DNA of 64,000 nucleotides from Candidatus Fermentibacterota bacterium (GTDB taxonomy: Bacteria > Fermentibacterota > Fermentibacteria > Fermentibacterales > JCC-6): the NCBI GenBank assembly GCA_963845085.1, contig CAWJQI010000004.1, forward strand, positions 416,001 to 480,000, written 5' to 3'. Each line of letters begins with the position of its first letter. Position 1 is the stretch's first letter. Under the pieces are notes generated by a model, which saw only the letters and a program-made list of their open reading frames with translations, was not told the DNA's origin and ran no database searches. A program made the translations under genes and the position numbers. Below, piece after piece: positions 9,668-19,500 of this stretch.

Positions 9668-10741
9668 TCAGGTAGTCGTGGTTATCCCAACCGTTCTGGC
9701 GAGGAACCTTGCCTCGATCGTGCTGTCCACCCCGCAGTCATTCGACAGGAACTCGTTGTAGGTCTCTATCCCCACCCCGACGAGTATATACGTGTCCGCA
9801 GGCACCGGTGTGGCAAGGACGAAAGTTCTGGAGAGATCTGCACCCGCAGCCATCAGGGTGCTTGACCAGCTGTCGCTTCTCCCGGAACGCCTCACATTGA
9901 TGAGGTCGGTCGGGCAGTAGGTCCGGCGCGGCGCGCCCCCGTCGAGATAGACCTGGCCGTAGAGCCGTGCACGCTGCCGCACCGATGCGTCGGAGTGACC
10001 GCACTCGTTGCTGATGCTGCCCTGGCAGTACAGACTCACGGCTTCAAGGTCGAGGTTCAGCACGGGCTGTCCGGTCCGCTCGTTGTGGTAGATCATGAGA
10101 AACCCCGTTCGACAGGTGGCGCTGACGAGATCCCACTCATCCGCGCCCGAGACGTAAATGCGGGTCCTGCTTCCCATGTCGCCCGTCCTGTCGTTGAAGT
10201 ACAGCGACAGTGACGGTTCGGGAAGCGAGCTCTCGGACTCGTAGTGGTCATACCAGCGCGCATCGAGAAAGTACGGCGGATCGTAGTCGGTGTTTTTCGG
10301 CCGCGGGATGGATCTTCCCGTCGTGCCCTTGCCGACGGTACGGCCGGCGAGCAGTGCGGCCTTCCTGCCGTAGAGTGCCCTGAGGGCATCAACGGCGGAA
10401 AGATCGACACCGGAGCGTTCGATTGATTTGCCCGAATCCCTCACGAGCCGCGACCTCAATGCGTCGATGTCACGTTCGCCGCCCGACGGGCCGGGAAGGT
10501 TGCGCATGCCAGCCCGAATTTTCTCCAATCGTGCGGCATGGAGCCTGTCGTAGAGCCTCAGGTTCCCGTTGCCGATAATCTCCCGCAGCTTGCTCATGTA
10601 CTCGGATCGAAGCCTGTCCATCCCCTCGTGGAAAGCCCTGGTGGTGCGCAGGTCGTGAAGCCCCTGCTTTGCGAGACTCTCCATCGCCTTCCAGTAGAAC
10701 TCCTTCGGAACATCCTTCGGCCAGACCAGGTTTTCAAGCAT
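9668..10741 (-). CDS. Hypothetical protein
   Basis: 357-aa ORF with AAAGGAG SD. Confidence 0.65.
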   Translation of the reverse strand: MLENLVWPKDVPKEFYWKAMESLAKQGLHDLRTTRAFHEGMDRLRSEYMSKLREIIGNGNLRLYDRLHAARLEKIRAGMRNLPGPSGGERDIDALRSRLVRDSGKSIERSGVDLSAVDALRALYGRKAALLAGRTVGKGTTGRSIPRPKNTDYDPPYFLDARWYDHYESESSLPEPSLSLYFNDRTGDMGSRTRIYVSGADEWDLVSATCRTGFLMIYHNERTGQPVLNLDLEAVSLYCQGSISNECGHSDASVRQRARLYGQVYLDGGAPRRTYCPTDLINVRRSGRSDSWSSTLMAAGADLSRTFVLATPVPADTYILVGVGIETYNEFLSNDCGVDSTIEARFLARTVGITTTT

Positions 10742-11002
10742 GATTCCGGTCTCCTTTCACAGACTGTGCTGCTGCGGTCAGGATGTTAACCGGCGCTTGA
10801 CTGGGCACAGCACCAACAATCTCTCATACAGCAGCCTTTCCGGTAATGCATACTGTAATATCCTGACCTTATTTCAACGATAATGCATGGAATCCGCCTC
10901 CGTCAATCAGCAACCGAGTGCGGACCGGATGGCGCCCTGTCCAATGGAATGCAGCATGTCGTGAAAAATACTGGTGCGATGTCGTTCAGGATCTGCGGCT
11001 CT

Positions 11003-11350
11003 TCAGTTCCTTGTGAAGTGCGGCATGTCGGCAGGAAGGACAAGAGAAAGCTCGACGAGCCCTGCAACCTCGCCTGACTCATCCCGCCATGCGCTCTGAT
11101 AGATCAGCTTTCTGACGGCACCCTTTTCGATGGTGTAGACATTCGTGCCGCCCGAGGAGAACAGCTTCGCAATGATCTCCCTCGAGCGTTCATTGTGGCA
11201 TGAGAGAAGGTCGGTGCCGATCAGCGCGCGGCCCCCCTTCGATGCCCAGGTAGCGGCTGCGGCATCGTTCATGTATACGACCCTGTGATCCCTGTCCGTA
11301 ACGGTCACCGCTCCGGGAAGGCTGGTGACCCAGTCGGGCATACTGCTCAC
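11003..11350 (-). CDS. Stand-alone PAS domain protein
   Basis: AVTVTDRDHRVVYMNDAA...LIGTDLLSCH PAS pattern; GTG start with AAGGGG SD. Confidence 0.8.
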   Translation of the reverse strand: MSSMPDWVTSLPGAVTVTDRDHRVVYMNDAAAATWASKGGRALIGTDLLSCHNERSREIIAKLFSSGGTNVYTIEKGAVRKLIYQSAWRDESGEVAGLVELSLVLPADMPHFTRN

Positions 11351-11536
11351 GGCAATCCCCTTTCGGTCGCAGGCTGTCAGACAGCCTGATTCTGCGGGCA
11401 CAAGCACAACTGCCTGTCAGTTCTTATCATACTGTGAAAAGGCATTTTGGGTTGCCATGGAATGTTGAGGGAAAGACAGCCACGAAAAGCGTGCCCATGC
11501 AGAGATACGAGAACACTGTTTTCCAGTCTTAACGTT

Positions 11537-13394
11537 TTACCGGTTGCCCACCAGCACGAAGCTTCCCCGAAGAACCTGGTCCCCAGCTGTCATGCGGACG
11601 AAGTATGCGCCGGAGGGAAGGGAAGATACCGAAACAGCATGCTCCCCTGATGACAGCATGCCATCCACGGGAACGGCAACCTCCCGCCCGCACATGTCGT
11701 ACACCGCAAGGGCAACCGGAACAGGTTCGGGAAGACTGAACCTGATCTCGGCAGTTCCGAAACTCGGGTTCGCAACGGGATGAAGAACAGGCCCGCCCGC
11801 CGAGCCCTCCACTCCCAGCCACTCCCAGTAGAACAGCACCTGGTAGAGAGTAGGGGTAACGAACCGGCCCGGCAGCCGCTTCCATGTGAACCCGGTACTG
11901 GAGGTAACGGTGGGTGCTGTCAACATACCCCGACAGACTCCCCGGCTCCTCAATGTAGCCCGACCACTCTCCCATGTCTTCGGGATCGTTGGAACTCCGA
12001 ACGCGGAACCTCAGGGAAGAACCGGCAGGAACGCTGTCCTGCCACTGAACCTCCTGCCAGTGGGGGTAATTGTTCACGTCCAGTATCGAGGAGGTCAGTG
12101 TTCCAGTGGAGGGGTAGCCAAGAGCGAACCAGAATATCCGGCTTCCGTCCTCAAAGGTGACAACGTCAAGAGTGTCGTCCTCGTCAATATCCCCAACTGC
12201 CAGACCATAGTACAAGTAGCCATGCTCCAGGATGTGCCTTCTCCAGGTCAGACCCGCTTCGTCCGTCCTCTCCCAGAGAACAAAACGAATGGGGGTGCCA
12301 CTGGAACCATGAGGCGAGTATCACCGGCCTGCCGTTCCGAAAACGAATCAACCCGCAATAGCGCTTGCACAGAACAATAGGATCAGGAAGTTGATGATTC
12401 GTCCATGAAGTACCCAGTCCATCGGCATTCTCGAACCAGAAGTACAAGTCATATGACCCTGCAGCAATCACATCAAAGTCGCCGTCACCGTCCATGTCCT
12501 CGACATCGAGCGCATGACCAGAGCTGATATTGTTGGCGATGGTGCGTTCAGCCCAGTTCTCCCCGGTTCCGTCAAGGTTCTCCCACCAGGAAACCTGTTT
12601 GTTTGAACTTTCGGCAACATTGACCACATCCAGCCAGCCATCGCCGTTGACATCAGCGGACTCAGATCTCGTTTACAGGAATCCTTTTCCGCAACCAGGT
12701 GATAGCCCCAGACGGCGGGTCCGACGGATCTCGAGATATGGGGATTCTCATACCAGAGCTACCTCACTCCTGCCATTTTCCATATAATATCAAGGTCGCC
12801 GTCACCATCCATGTCAGCGGAAATCACCTGCCACGGAGCATAGCCCAGGGTGCCGCGAACGAGAGTCGTCTCCCAGTTCAATCCGCTCCCATCGGTATTG
12901 GTCCAGAGATATATTCGGTCCCAGGTAGTGGATCCCTCGCCTCCGACTACATCCTGGTCACCGTCGTTGTCAGCATCCATGGCGCAGACGGACATGTGGG
13001 TTGAATACCTCGCCCGCCTTGCTCACGATATGCAAATATCGCTGCCAGTTCTCGCCCGTACCGTCGTTCTCGAACCAGTAAACCCTGTTCTTGCTGTAGC
13101 CGTTGGATCCGCTCAGTATGTCGGAATGACCGTCGCCGTTTATGTCGGCCACCACTCCCGGAATCGAGTACTCCATGTAGTCAGTGACAAGATGCTTCTC
13201 GCCCCTCAGATTCAGGTACAGCTCTCCCGTCGTGCCCTCGTATTCCATGTACTGGTGGAGGTCGAAGGCGCTGACCCCAATCGGTGACGGGACCGGTTAC
13301 TCCAGGACCTGAAGACCAGTCGGTCTGGGAATGGACTCCCCGAGTAGAGAAACGCCGGCAACAGAAAGCAGGGCAGCAGGACAAGAGCCTTCAC
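11537..13394 (-). pseudogene. Fragmented FG-GAP repeat surface protein with T9SS-type C-terminal domain
   Basis: Signal peptide, QTDWSSGPG, several DxDGDGDxD repeats and a C-terminal NP..VYDxxGR..LPSGAYF domain, spread over three frames with at least 6 frame changes and an in-frame TAG. Confidence 0.8.
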
Positions 13395-13717
13395 AACGCC
13401 CCCCTCTCCAACCGTATCCAGCCCAGCCGTATGGACAGGGGACCGGGTACGACGCCCTGGCCCGGCGGATCCATCTGGAACCTTATCCCCACATCGTGAA
13501 CCTCGCCGTTCCAGCCGGAGACTCCGCTCAGGTCCAATGGACCAAACTCTCTCCACATCTCACGGCCATTGCCAAGGCCACGACCGAAGCCGTTGCTCCC
13601 GTGAAGCTCAAGTATGTGCCCCGTTTCCGTGGAATCCTTCCAGAACAGGAACATGCCGCAGCCGAAGCTGCTGCCGGTAATGTTGGGATTCATGCACACC
13701 CCGGCAAGGCCCAGCAA
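13391..13717 (-). pseudogene. Probable 3' remnant of a truncated gene
   Basis: 108-aa ORF with no clear SD or start, coupled (GTGA) to the FG-GAP gene. Confidence 0.4.
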
Positions 13718-13984
13718 TGGAGTTTATTAAGCTGATATACAGCCTGTCAAGGGCCTCGATCTGCTTTTGAAAGCCACGGGAAGGTCGGGACGCTCAGATT
13801 GAGAGTCGTTCCTGTAATAAGAGCCCGAAACGTCCGGCAAGGCGGCTCTGCCTTATCCGCTCGTTGCCGGCAGGAGCTTCCAAACCTTAGTGAGCGGGTT
13901 TCTGACGGTCTTGTGTTTCCTTCTTACGCAGATCGTATGTAATCTTTGTTGTACAAGAGAATACCTTGGTGGCCGAAACTATAG

Positions 13985-14018
13985 AGGCGCCGGAAGACGT
14001 GTTCGCCTTCCGGCGCCT
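13985..14018 (-). terminator. Stem-loop downstream of the small Cys-rich gene
   Basis: 12-bp perfect inverted repeat AGGCGCCGGAAG/CTTCCGGCGCCT; weak U tract. Confidence 0.6.
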
Positions 14019-14027
14019 GCATGTGCA

Positions 14028-14195
14028 TCAGCAGCCGCAGAACTCGTGAAGGGCCTTGAGCAGGGCCTTCAAGCTTTCAGTCTTCGATGCATCCTTCGCT
14101 GTGATGTTGACCTGAATGCCCCCCGGAGTCTCCTTCATCGTGCATTCAAGCTGATCACAAAGGCTTCTTGCATCCTTACCGCAGCAACTAATCAT
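14028..14195 (-). CDS. Small Cys-rich putative metal-binding protein (55 aa)
   Basis: MISCCGKDARSLCDQLECTMKETPGGIQVNITAKDASKTESLKALLKALHEFCGC; strong AAAGGAGGTG SD; below the ORF-track cutoff. Confidence 0.8.
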   Translation of the reverse strand: MISCCGKDARSLCDQLECTMKETPGGIQVNITAKDASKTESLKALLKALHEFCGC

Positions 14196-14252
14196 TGTTC
14201 ACCTCCTTTCGTTTCAATGTTCGAAAACAATCGTACTGTGAGCCCAAAAAAA

Positions 14253-14573
14253 TCACTTCAAAAAATCCTTGATGGCTCTTACTGCACTCTCATCAACCCT
14301 GCAACGAAACATTTGACCATCTCTCTCGCAGATGATGAGACCTGCATTCTGAAGTTCCTTGAAGTGATGTGACACCGTGGATCTTGAAATATCAAGCAAA
14401 GCACACATTTTGGAAAACGCCCTTTCCATGGGGCAGCAACAGGGAGCATTGGCCGCTAAAACCACCCCTGCATCAGAGTGTTTTAACGACTGCTCGTAGA
14501 TGGCCATGAAAATCATGAGCCTTTGCTCGTTGGCGAGCGCTTTGAAAATCCGTGAATAGTTCGAATATTTCAT
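14253..14573 (-). CDS. ArsR/SmtB family transcriptional regulator
   Basis: FKALANEQRLMI...ISRSTVSHHFKELQNAGLI winged HTH; CCC motif. Confidence 0.9.
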   Translation of the reverse strand: MKYSNYSRIFKALANEQRLMIFMAIYEQSLKHSDAGVVLAANAPCCCPMERAFSKMCALLDISRSTVSHHFKELQNAGLIICERDGQMFRCRVDESAVRAIKDFLK

Positions 14574-14642
14574 AACAATAGAATACTACTGTTTTCCCCG
14601 ACAGATGTCAACACCGTGTATCGAAACATGGCCGACAGCCAA

Positions 14643-14948
14643 TCACTTCTGTTTCATGAGTTTCAGTTTTGCAGCGGTTACGGCTTCTTCCGGGGCACGC
14701 TCCAGGAGCGTGAGCTCTCCGTCCACCTGAACGCGTGCGTCCTCCTCGACTGAAAGCCCCCCTCTGATGACCACTTTTGCATTCCTGCCGATTACGACAT
14801 CGGCACCTTTTCGAATCACAACCGTCGGGCCTTTGAGTTCATAGCTGTAAAGGCTGCCGCAGTAGGGACAGCGCAGCTTCCCTTCTCCGGACCTTTCCAG
14901 GTCGGGAGCGCCGCACTGGCTGCAGGTGAACGCTTTTACCGCTGGCAT
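14643..14948 (-). CDS. Zinc-ribbon protein with short beta-helix-like C-terminus
   Basis: CSQCGA...CPYCGS followed by Val/Ile/Gly-rich repeats. Confidence 0.7.
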   Translation of the reverse strand: MPAVKAFTCSQCGAPDLERSGEGKLRCPYCGSLYSYELKGPTVVIRKGADVVIGRNAKVVIRGGLSVEEDARVQVDGELTLLERAPEEAVTAAKLKLMKQK

Positions 14949-14967
14949 TACGATCTCCCCGCGCAGC

Positions 14968-15393
14968 TCACTCCGGCCGCTGTACAAGTGAATCCGGCGG
15001 CGCAGGAGCCCCGCCCGTCACCACGTGATCGCTTCCGCAGCCCCAAAGCGTCTTTCTCCATTCAGTTCCAGCTGCTTCCCAGAACCACACCCTGCCGTCA
15101 TCACTGTTGTAGAGCCAGACGCGATCCTCTTCATCCCAGCACCAGTAGACATTCAGTCCGGCGACGAACTCCGACGATCCGTCCGAATACAGAATGTTTC
15201 CTTCCGGGTCCTCTATCGTGACTGCCCAGACTTCCGCCCCTCCGTATTCCGGGTTGACCCGTATTGGAACGGAGAGAACGTATGAGCCGCCCGGTGATTC
15301 CAGAAACTGCTCCTGCAGCGGGCTGCCCGGCTGTCTCCCGCAGCTGCCCCCTGCCAGAATGGCTGACAGGATCGAACAGCCCATGAGCTTCAT
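14968..15393 (-). CDS. Hypothetical lipoprotein
   Basis: MKLMGCSILSAILAGGSC signal peptide/lipobox-like N-terminus. Confidence 0.6.
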   Translation of the reverse strand: MKLMGCSILSAILAGGSCGRQPGSPLQEQFLESPGGSYVLSVPIRVNPEYGGAEVWAVTIEDPEGNILYSDGSSEFVAGLNVYWCWDEEDRVWLYNSDDGRVWFWEAAGTEWRKTLWGCGSDHVVTGGAPAPPDSLVQRPE

Positions 15394-15571
15394 ACCCACT
15401 CCGGGAGCATTGCCATGGGCGGGCGCGTTATCCCGGCAGTTACGGGTTCCATTCCCTTCCCCCCATCCGCTGTCGTTTTCCACCCGCGTTCAGTTTTTGG
15501 CGGGTCGATCGATCACCCTGGAATATCGCCCTGTCTTCGGCAGGCACCAACACTGGCATTGTTCGCGGGGT

Positions 15572-15603
15572 AAAAAAAGGGCGCCGGCATTAAACCGGCG
15601 CCC
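15572..15603 (-). terminator. Rho-independent terminator after rpsG
   Basis: GGGCGCCGG-7 nt-CCGGCGCCC followed by T7 on the minus strand. Confidence 0.9.
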
Positions 15604-15618
15604 GTCACTTCTTCGGGA

Positions 15619-16086
15619 TTACCAGCGGTAGTGGGCGAAAGCCTTGTTGGCTTCGGCCATCTTGTGGGTGTCTTCCCTTTTCTTGACGCTGTTGCCCTCG
15701 CCCTGTGAAGCCTCGATGAACTCCTGGGCGAGCCTCTGGGCCATGCTGCGTCCCTTGCGGCCCCTCGAGTAGCTGATGATCCAGCGCATTGCAAGCGCGT
15801 CGCGCTCGCTCTGTTTCACTTCGACGGGGACCTGGTAGGTCGAGCCGCCGACACGCCTCGATTTCACCTTGAGGGTGGGGCGCACGTTGTTCATGGCCTT
15901 GTTGAACACCGCAACCGGATCCTGTCCGGTCTTCTCGGCGATCATCTCAAAGGCGTCGTAGACAACACCCTCGGCGACAGAGCGTTTGCCCTCGTGCATA
16001 ATGTTGTTGATGAACTTGGCGATGACCAGGTTCCCGTACTTCCTGTCTGGAAGTATTTCCCGTCGTTTCGGCCTGTTTCTTCTCAT
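15619..16086 (-). CDS. rpsG: 30S ribosomal protein S7
   Basis: [27 protein letters not shown]. Confidence 0.98.
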   Translation of the reverse strand: MRRNRPKRREILPDRKYGNLVIAKFINNIMHEGKRSVAEGVVYDAFEMIAEKTGQDPVAVFNKAMNNVRPTLKVKSRRVGGSTYQVPVEVKQSERDALAMRWIISYSRGRKGRSMAQRLAQEFIEASQGEGNSVKKREDTHKMAEANKAFAHYRW

Positions 16087-16091
16087 GACGC

Positions 16092-16463
16092 CTACGCTTC
16101 CTTCTTCGTCCCGTACTTGGACCTGCTCTGCTTGCGCCCGCTCACGCCGCTGGCGTCCTCGACACCGCGGATGATGTGATAGCGCACGCCGGGAAGATCC
16201 TTGACCCTGCCCCCACGGACGAGAACCACTGAGTGTTCGTTGAGGTTGTGTCCCTCGCCGGGAATGTAGGCGGTTACTTCATATCCGTTGCGAAGCCTGA
16301 CCCTGGCCACTTTCCTGAGGGCTGAATTGGGCTTCTTGGGCGTTGATGTATACACACGGGTGCAGATGCCCTTCTTCTGAGGGCAGGAAGTGAGGGCAGG
16401 GGCCTTTGTCTTGGCGTCCTGCTTGCTTCTCCCCATCCGCACCAGTTGATTGATGGTGGGCAA
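16092..16463 (-). CDS. rpsL: 30S ribosomal protein S12
   Basis: [33 protein letters not shown] start. Confidence 0.98.
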   Translation of the reverse strand: MPTINQLVRMGRSKQDAKTKAPALTSCPQKKGICTRVYTSTPKKPNSALRKVARVRLRNGYEVTAYIPGEGHNLNEHSVVLVRGGRVKDLPGVRYHIIRGVEDASGVSGRKQSRSKYGTKKEA

Positions 16464-16519
16464 ATTCTCTCCTTTCAGAACTTTACAGCGCTCGTTCCCT
16501 TATTCGCGGAACAGCAAGT

Positions 16520-19500
16520 TTACGAATCAAAATGGATAATGTCAAGCGTATCTTCTTCCGGCTCAAGCCTGACCGGCTCCGGCAGCTCTCCGCCGTCGGG
16601 CAGGAACAACCTCACGTTCCTGTACATCGGAAGGCCTGTACCGGCCGGGATCAGGTGACCCACGATGACATTTTCCTTCAGCCCCAGCAGGGGGTCAACC
16701 TTGGCCTGCACCGCAGCATCGGCCAGAACCGTGTTCGTCTCCTGGAAGGACGCGGCTGAAAGGAAACTGTCCGTCGCAAGGGACGCCTTGGTGATCCCGA
16801 GCAGCAGCACATCACTGGTGGCAGGCCTCTTGCCCTGGCGCATCACTTCCATGTTGTGCCGGTTTAGGTCGAGCCTGTCCACTTGTGAACCTTCGAGGAA
16901 CCTGGTGTCGCCCGGGTCCTCGATCTTTGCCTTCGAGAGCATCTGGCGAACCACGATGCCCACGTGCTTGTCGTTTATCTTCACGCCCTGAAGCCTGTAG
17001 ACTTCCTGGATCTCGTTCAGCAGGTACTCTTCGACCGATTCCGTTCCCCTGACCCTGAGGATGTCGTGCGGGTCAAGCGGACCTTCGGTGAGTTTGTCAC
17101 CGGCCTCGACGTGATCGGCTTCCCTGACCCTGATATGCTTGGACGCCGGTATCTTCAGGGAAGATTCCTGGCCCTGGTCGCCGCGGATCGTGATGGTCCG
17201 CATGGCGGCCTTGATGGAGCTGAGGCTTACCACGCCGCTGATCTCGGCGATCGCAGCAGCATCGATGGGGCATCTGGCCTCGACGAGTTCTTCAACCCTT
17301 GGCAGACCGCCGGTGATGTCCCGCTGCTGACCAAGCCTTCTCTCGATCCTGGCGAGGTGAACACCCATCTTGATGAGGGCGCCGTCATCGACTCGAAGAT
17401 GCGCACCGCTCGGAATGGGGTAGACGCCGAGCACGTTGTCTTTGATGAACTCCTCAACGGGGTCCTGATCCTGCTGGCGCTGGCGGCCCCTGGCAACCGT
17501 GTGGCTGCGAAGCCCCCTGCGGGAGAAACTGGCTATGAACAGGATCTTCCCGTGGCTGATCGATTCGCAAAGCATGGAAACAAGCTTGCGGGTGCCGGTG
17601 TGTCCCCTGTTGAGGTCGGCGACCGACAGGATTATGGGCACATTGCGACTGAATTCGAGCAGGGCGTCGATGAACGCGGTCTCGAGTTCGTCGTTGTTCC
17701 TCGCAGCTGAATCGGCAAGGCTGTCGCTGGCGTCCTTCAGCTTCTTCCAGAACTCGCCCCCGCTCTTCTTGCCTATGGGCTCCATGGCGTTCACGGCATC
17801 CACGAATGCCGCATAGCTGCCGGTATGAACCTTCCTGCAGTCAACGCCCACGTGGGGAATGACAGTGCTCTCATCGGCCACGAAGTCTTCGAGAAGCGAA
17901 GTGTTCCTCACCGATCCGAGGTCTCTGTAGGTGAACACTATGCGGCCCGTCCCGGTGTCGGCCTCCTTGAGAAGGTCGTGCATCGTGCGAAGCTCTCTGT
18001 CCCTTCTCTGGGGTCTTCCGCTGAGAACAACGATGTGCTCGGGAAGGATGAAAAGGTGAGGATGGAGCGTGCGGCTGCGGTCCTCGACGATGACCATCTG
18101 CCTCCGCTGCTCGCTGTCGATCTCCTCACGGAGGGTGATTTCCTCCTCGATGTCGACGTAGTGGACCGAACCGTTGTGTTCGCTCACGATGGGGATGATG
18201 AACGGATCGCTCCTGCAGATAAGGTCGTCACGTTCGACCTGCTGGTCCTCGATGACGTTCAGCAGTGATCCGGGCACGATGTCATACGTGGAAACGGCGT
18301 CGCCGCGCTCGTCCAGAATGACTATCTGGCCGTTCCGGGTGGCAATCCTGTTGATCTTGCCGGATTCGTCGGCGCCCTCAACGATATGGATGTTCCTGAA
18401 ACTGACCTTGCCCGCGCGCCTGGCCCTTACTTCCGTCTCCTTGGCTTCACGGCCGGCCACACCGCCGGTATGGAAGGTTCGGAGGGTGAGCTGGGTGCCC
18501 GGCTCGCCGATGGACTGGGCCGCGATGACACCGACGGCTTCGCCCTTGGTGACCATGCGGTTGCGGCTGAGATCCCAGCCGTAGCACTTGGCGCAAAGAC
18601 CGTGCTCGGCTTCGCAGGTGAGAACGCTTCGGATCCTTACGGTCTCGATGCCCTTCTCCTCGATCCTGGCGGCCTGATCGGATGTGATCTCCTGGCCCGC
18701 CTCGAGGATGATCTCGTCACCAACGGGGTCGAACACGTCTTCAGCCGTAACCCTGCCGACGATTCTGTCGCGAAGGGGCTCGAGCACCTCCTCGCCCTCC
18801 TTGAGGGCGCTGATGTTCCTTCCCCTGATGGTTCCGCAGTCGGCGATCGTGATGACAACATCCTGACAGACATCGACAAGACGCCTTGTGAGGTAACCTG
18901 CATCGGCAGTCTTGAGGGCCGTGTCGGCAAGACCCTTTCTGGATCCGTGGGTGCTGATCGAGTACTCAATGACCGACAGGCCTTCCTTAAGGGAGCTGAG
19001 GATCGGGGTTTCGATGGTCTCGCCCAGCTCGCCTGAAAGCTTCTTCTTCGGCTTGGACATGAGACCCCTCATGCCGGCGAGCTGCCTGACCTGGTCAACG
19101 CTGCCCCTTGCGCCGGAATGGGCCATCATGAAGATGGGGTTGAAACCGGACTTGTCCCTCTCGAGAACGTCCATCATGGATTTCTTCACGTCCTCGGTGG
19201 CCTTGCTCCAGATGTCGATGATCCTGTTGTACCTTTCGGCCTCGGTGAGCTCGCCCTTGGCGGCCCTGTCCTCGACCTCGGCGACCAGCCTCCGGCCTTC
19301 GCTGACGATCTCTGCCTTCATGTCGGGGATTATCATGTCCTGCATGCCGACGGTGAGACCGCTTATCGTGCTGTAGTGGAAGCCGAGGCTCTTGAGGTTG
19401 TCGAGGAAGACGGCGCACGCGACGGCGCCCTCGTTGTGATGACACCTCGAGACCATCGCGGAAAGGCCTTTCTTGCCGAATATCTTCTCATGGGGGATCT

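Noticed and set aside
12184..13248. FG-GAP repeats as a CRISPR array or DGR template/variable repeats
   Set aside because: The similarity is at protein level only; there are no identical nucleotide repeats, cas genes or reverse transcriptase
13810..13892. GC hairpin (CCGGCAA...TTGCCGG) as an integron attC site
   Set aside because: Lacks proper RYYYAAC/GTTRRRY ends, occurs once, and no integrase is present in the window
17440..18045. RpoC insertion as an intein
   Set aside because: No N-terminal Cys/Ser splice motif, no C-terminal His-Asn followed by Cys/Ser/Thr, and no LAGLIDADG motif
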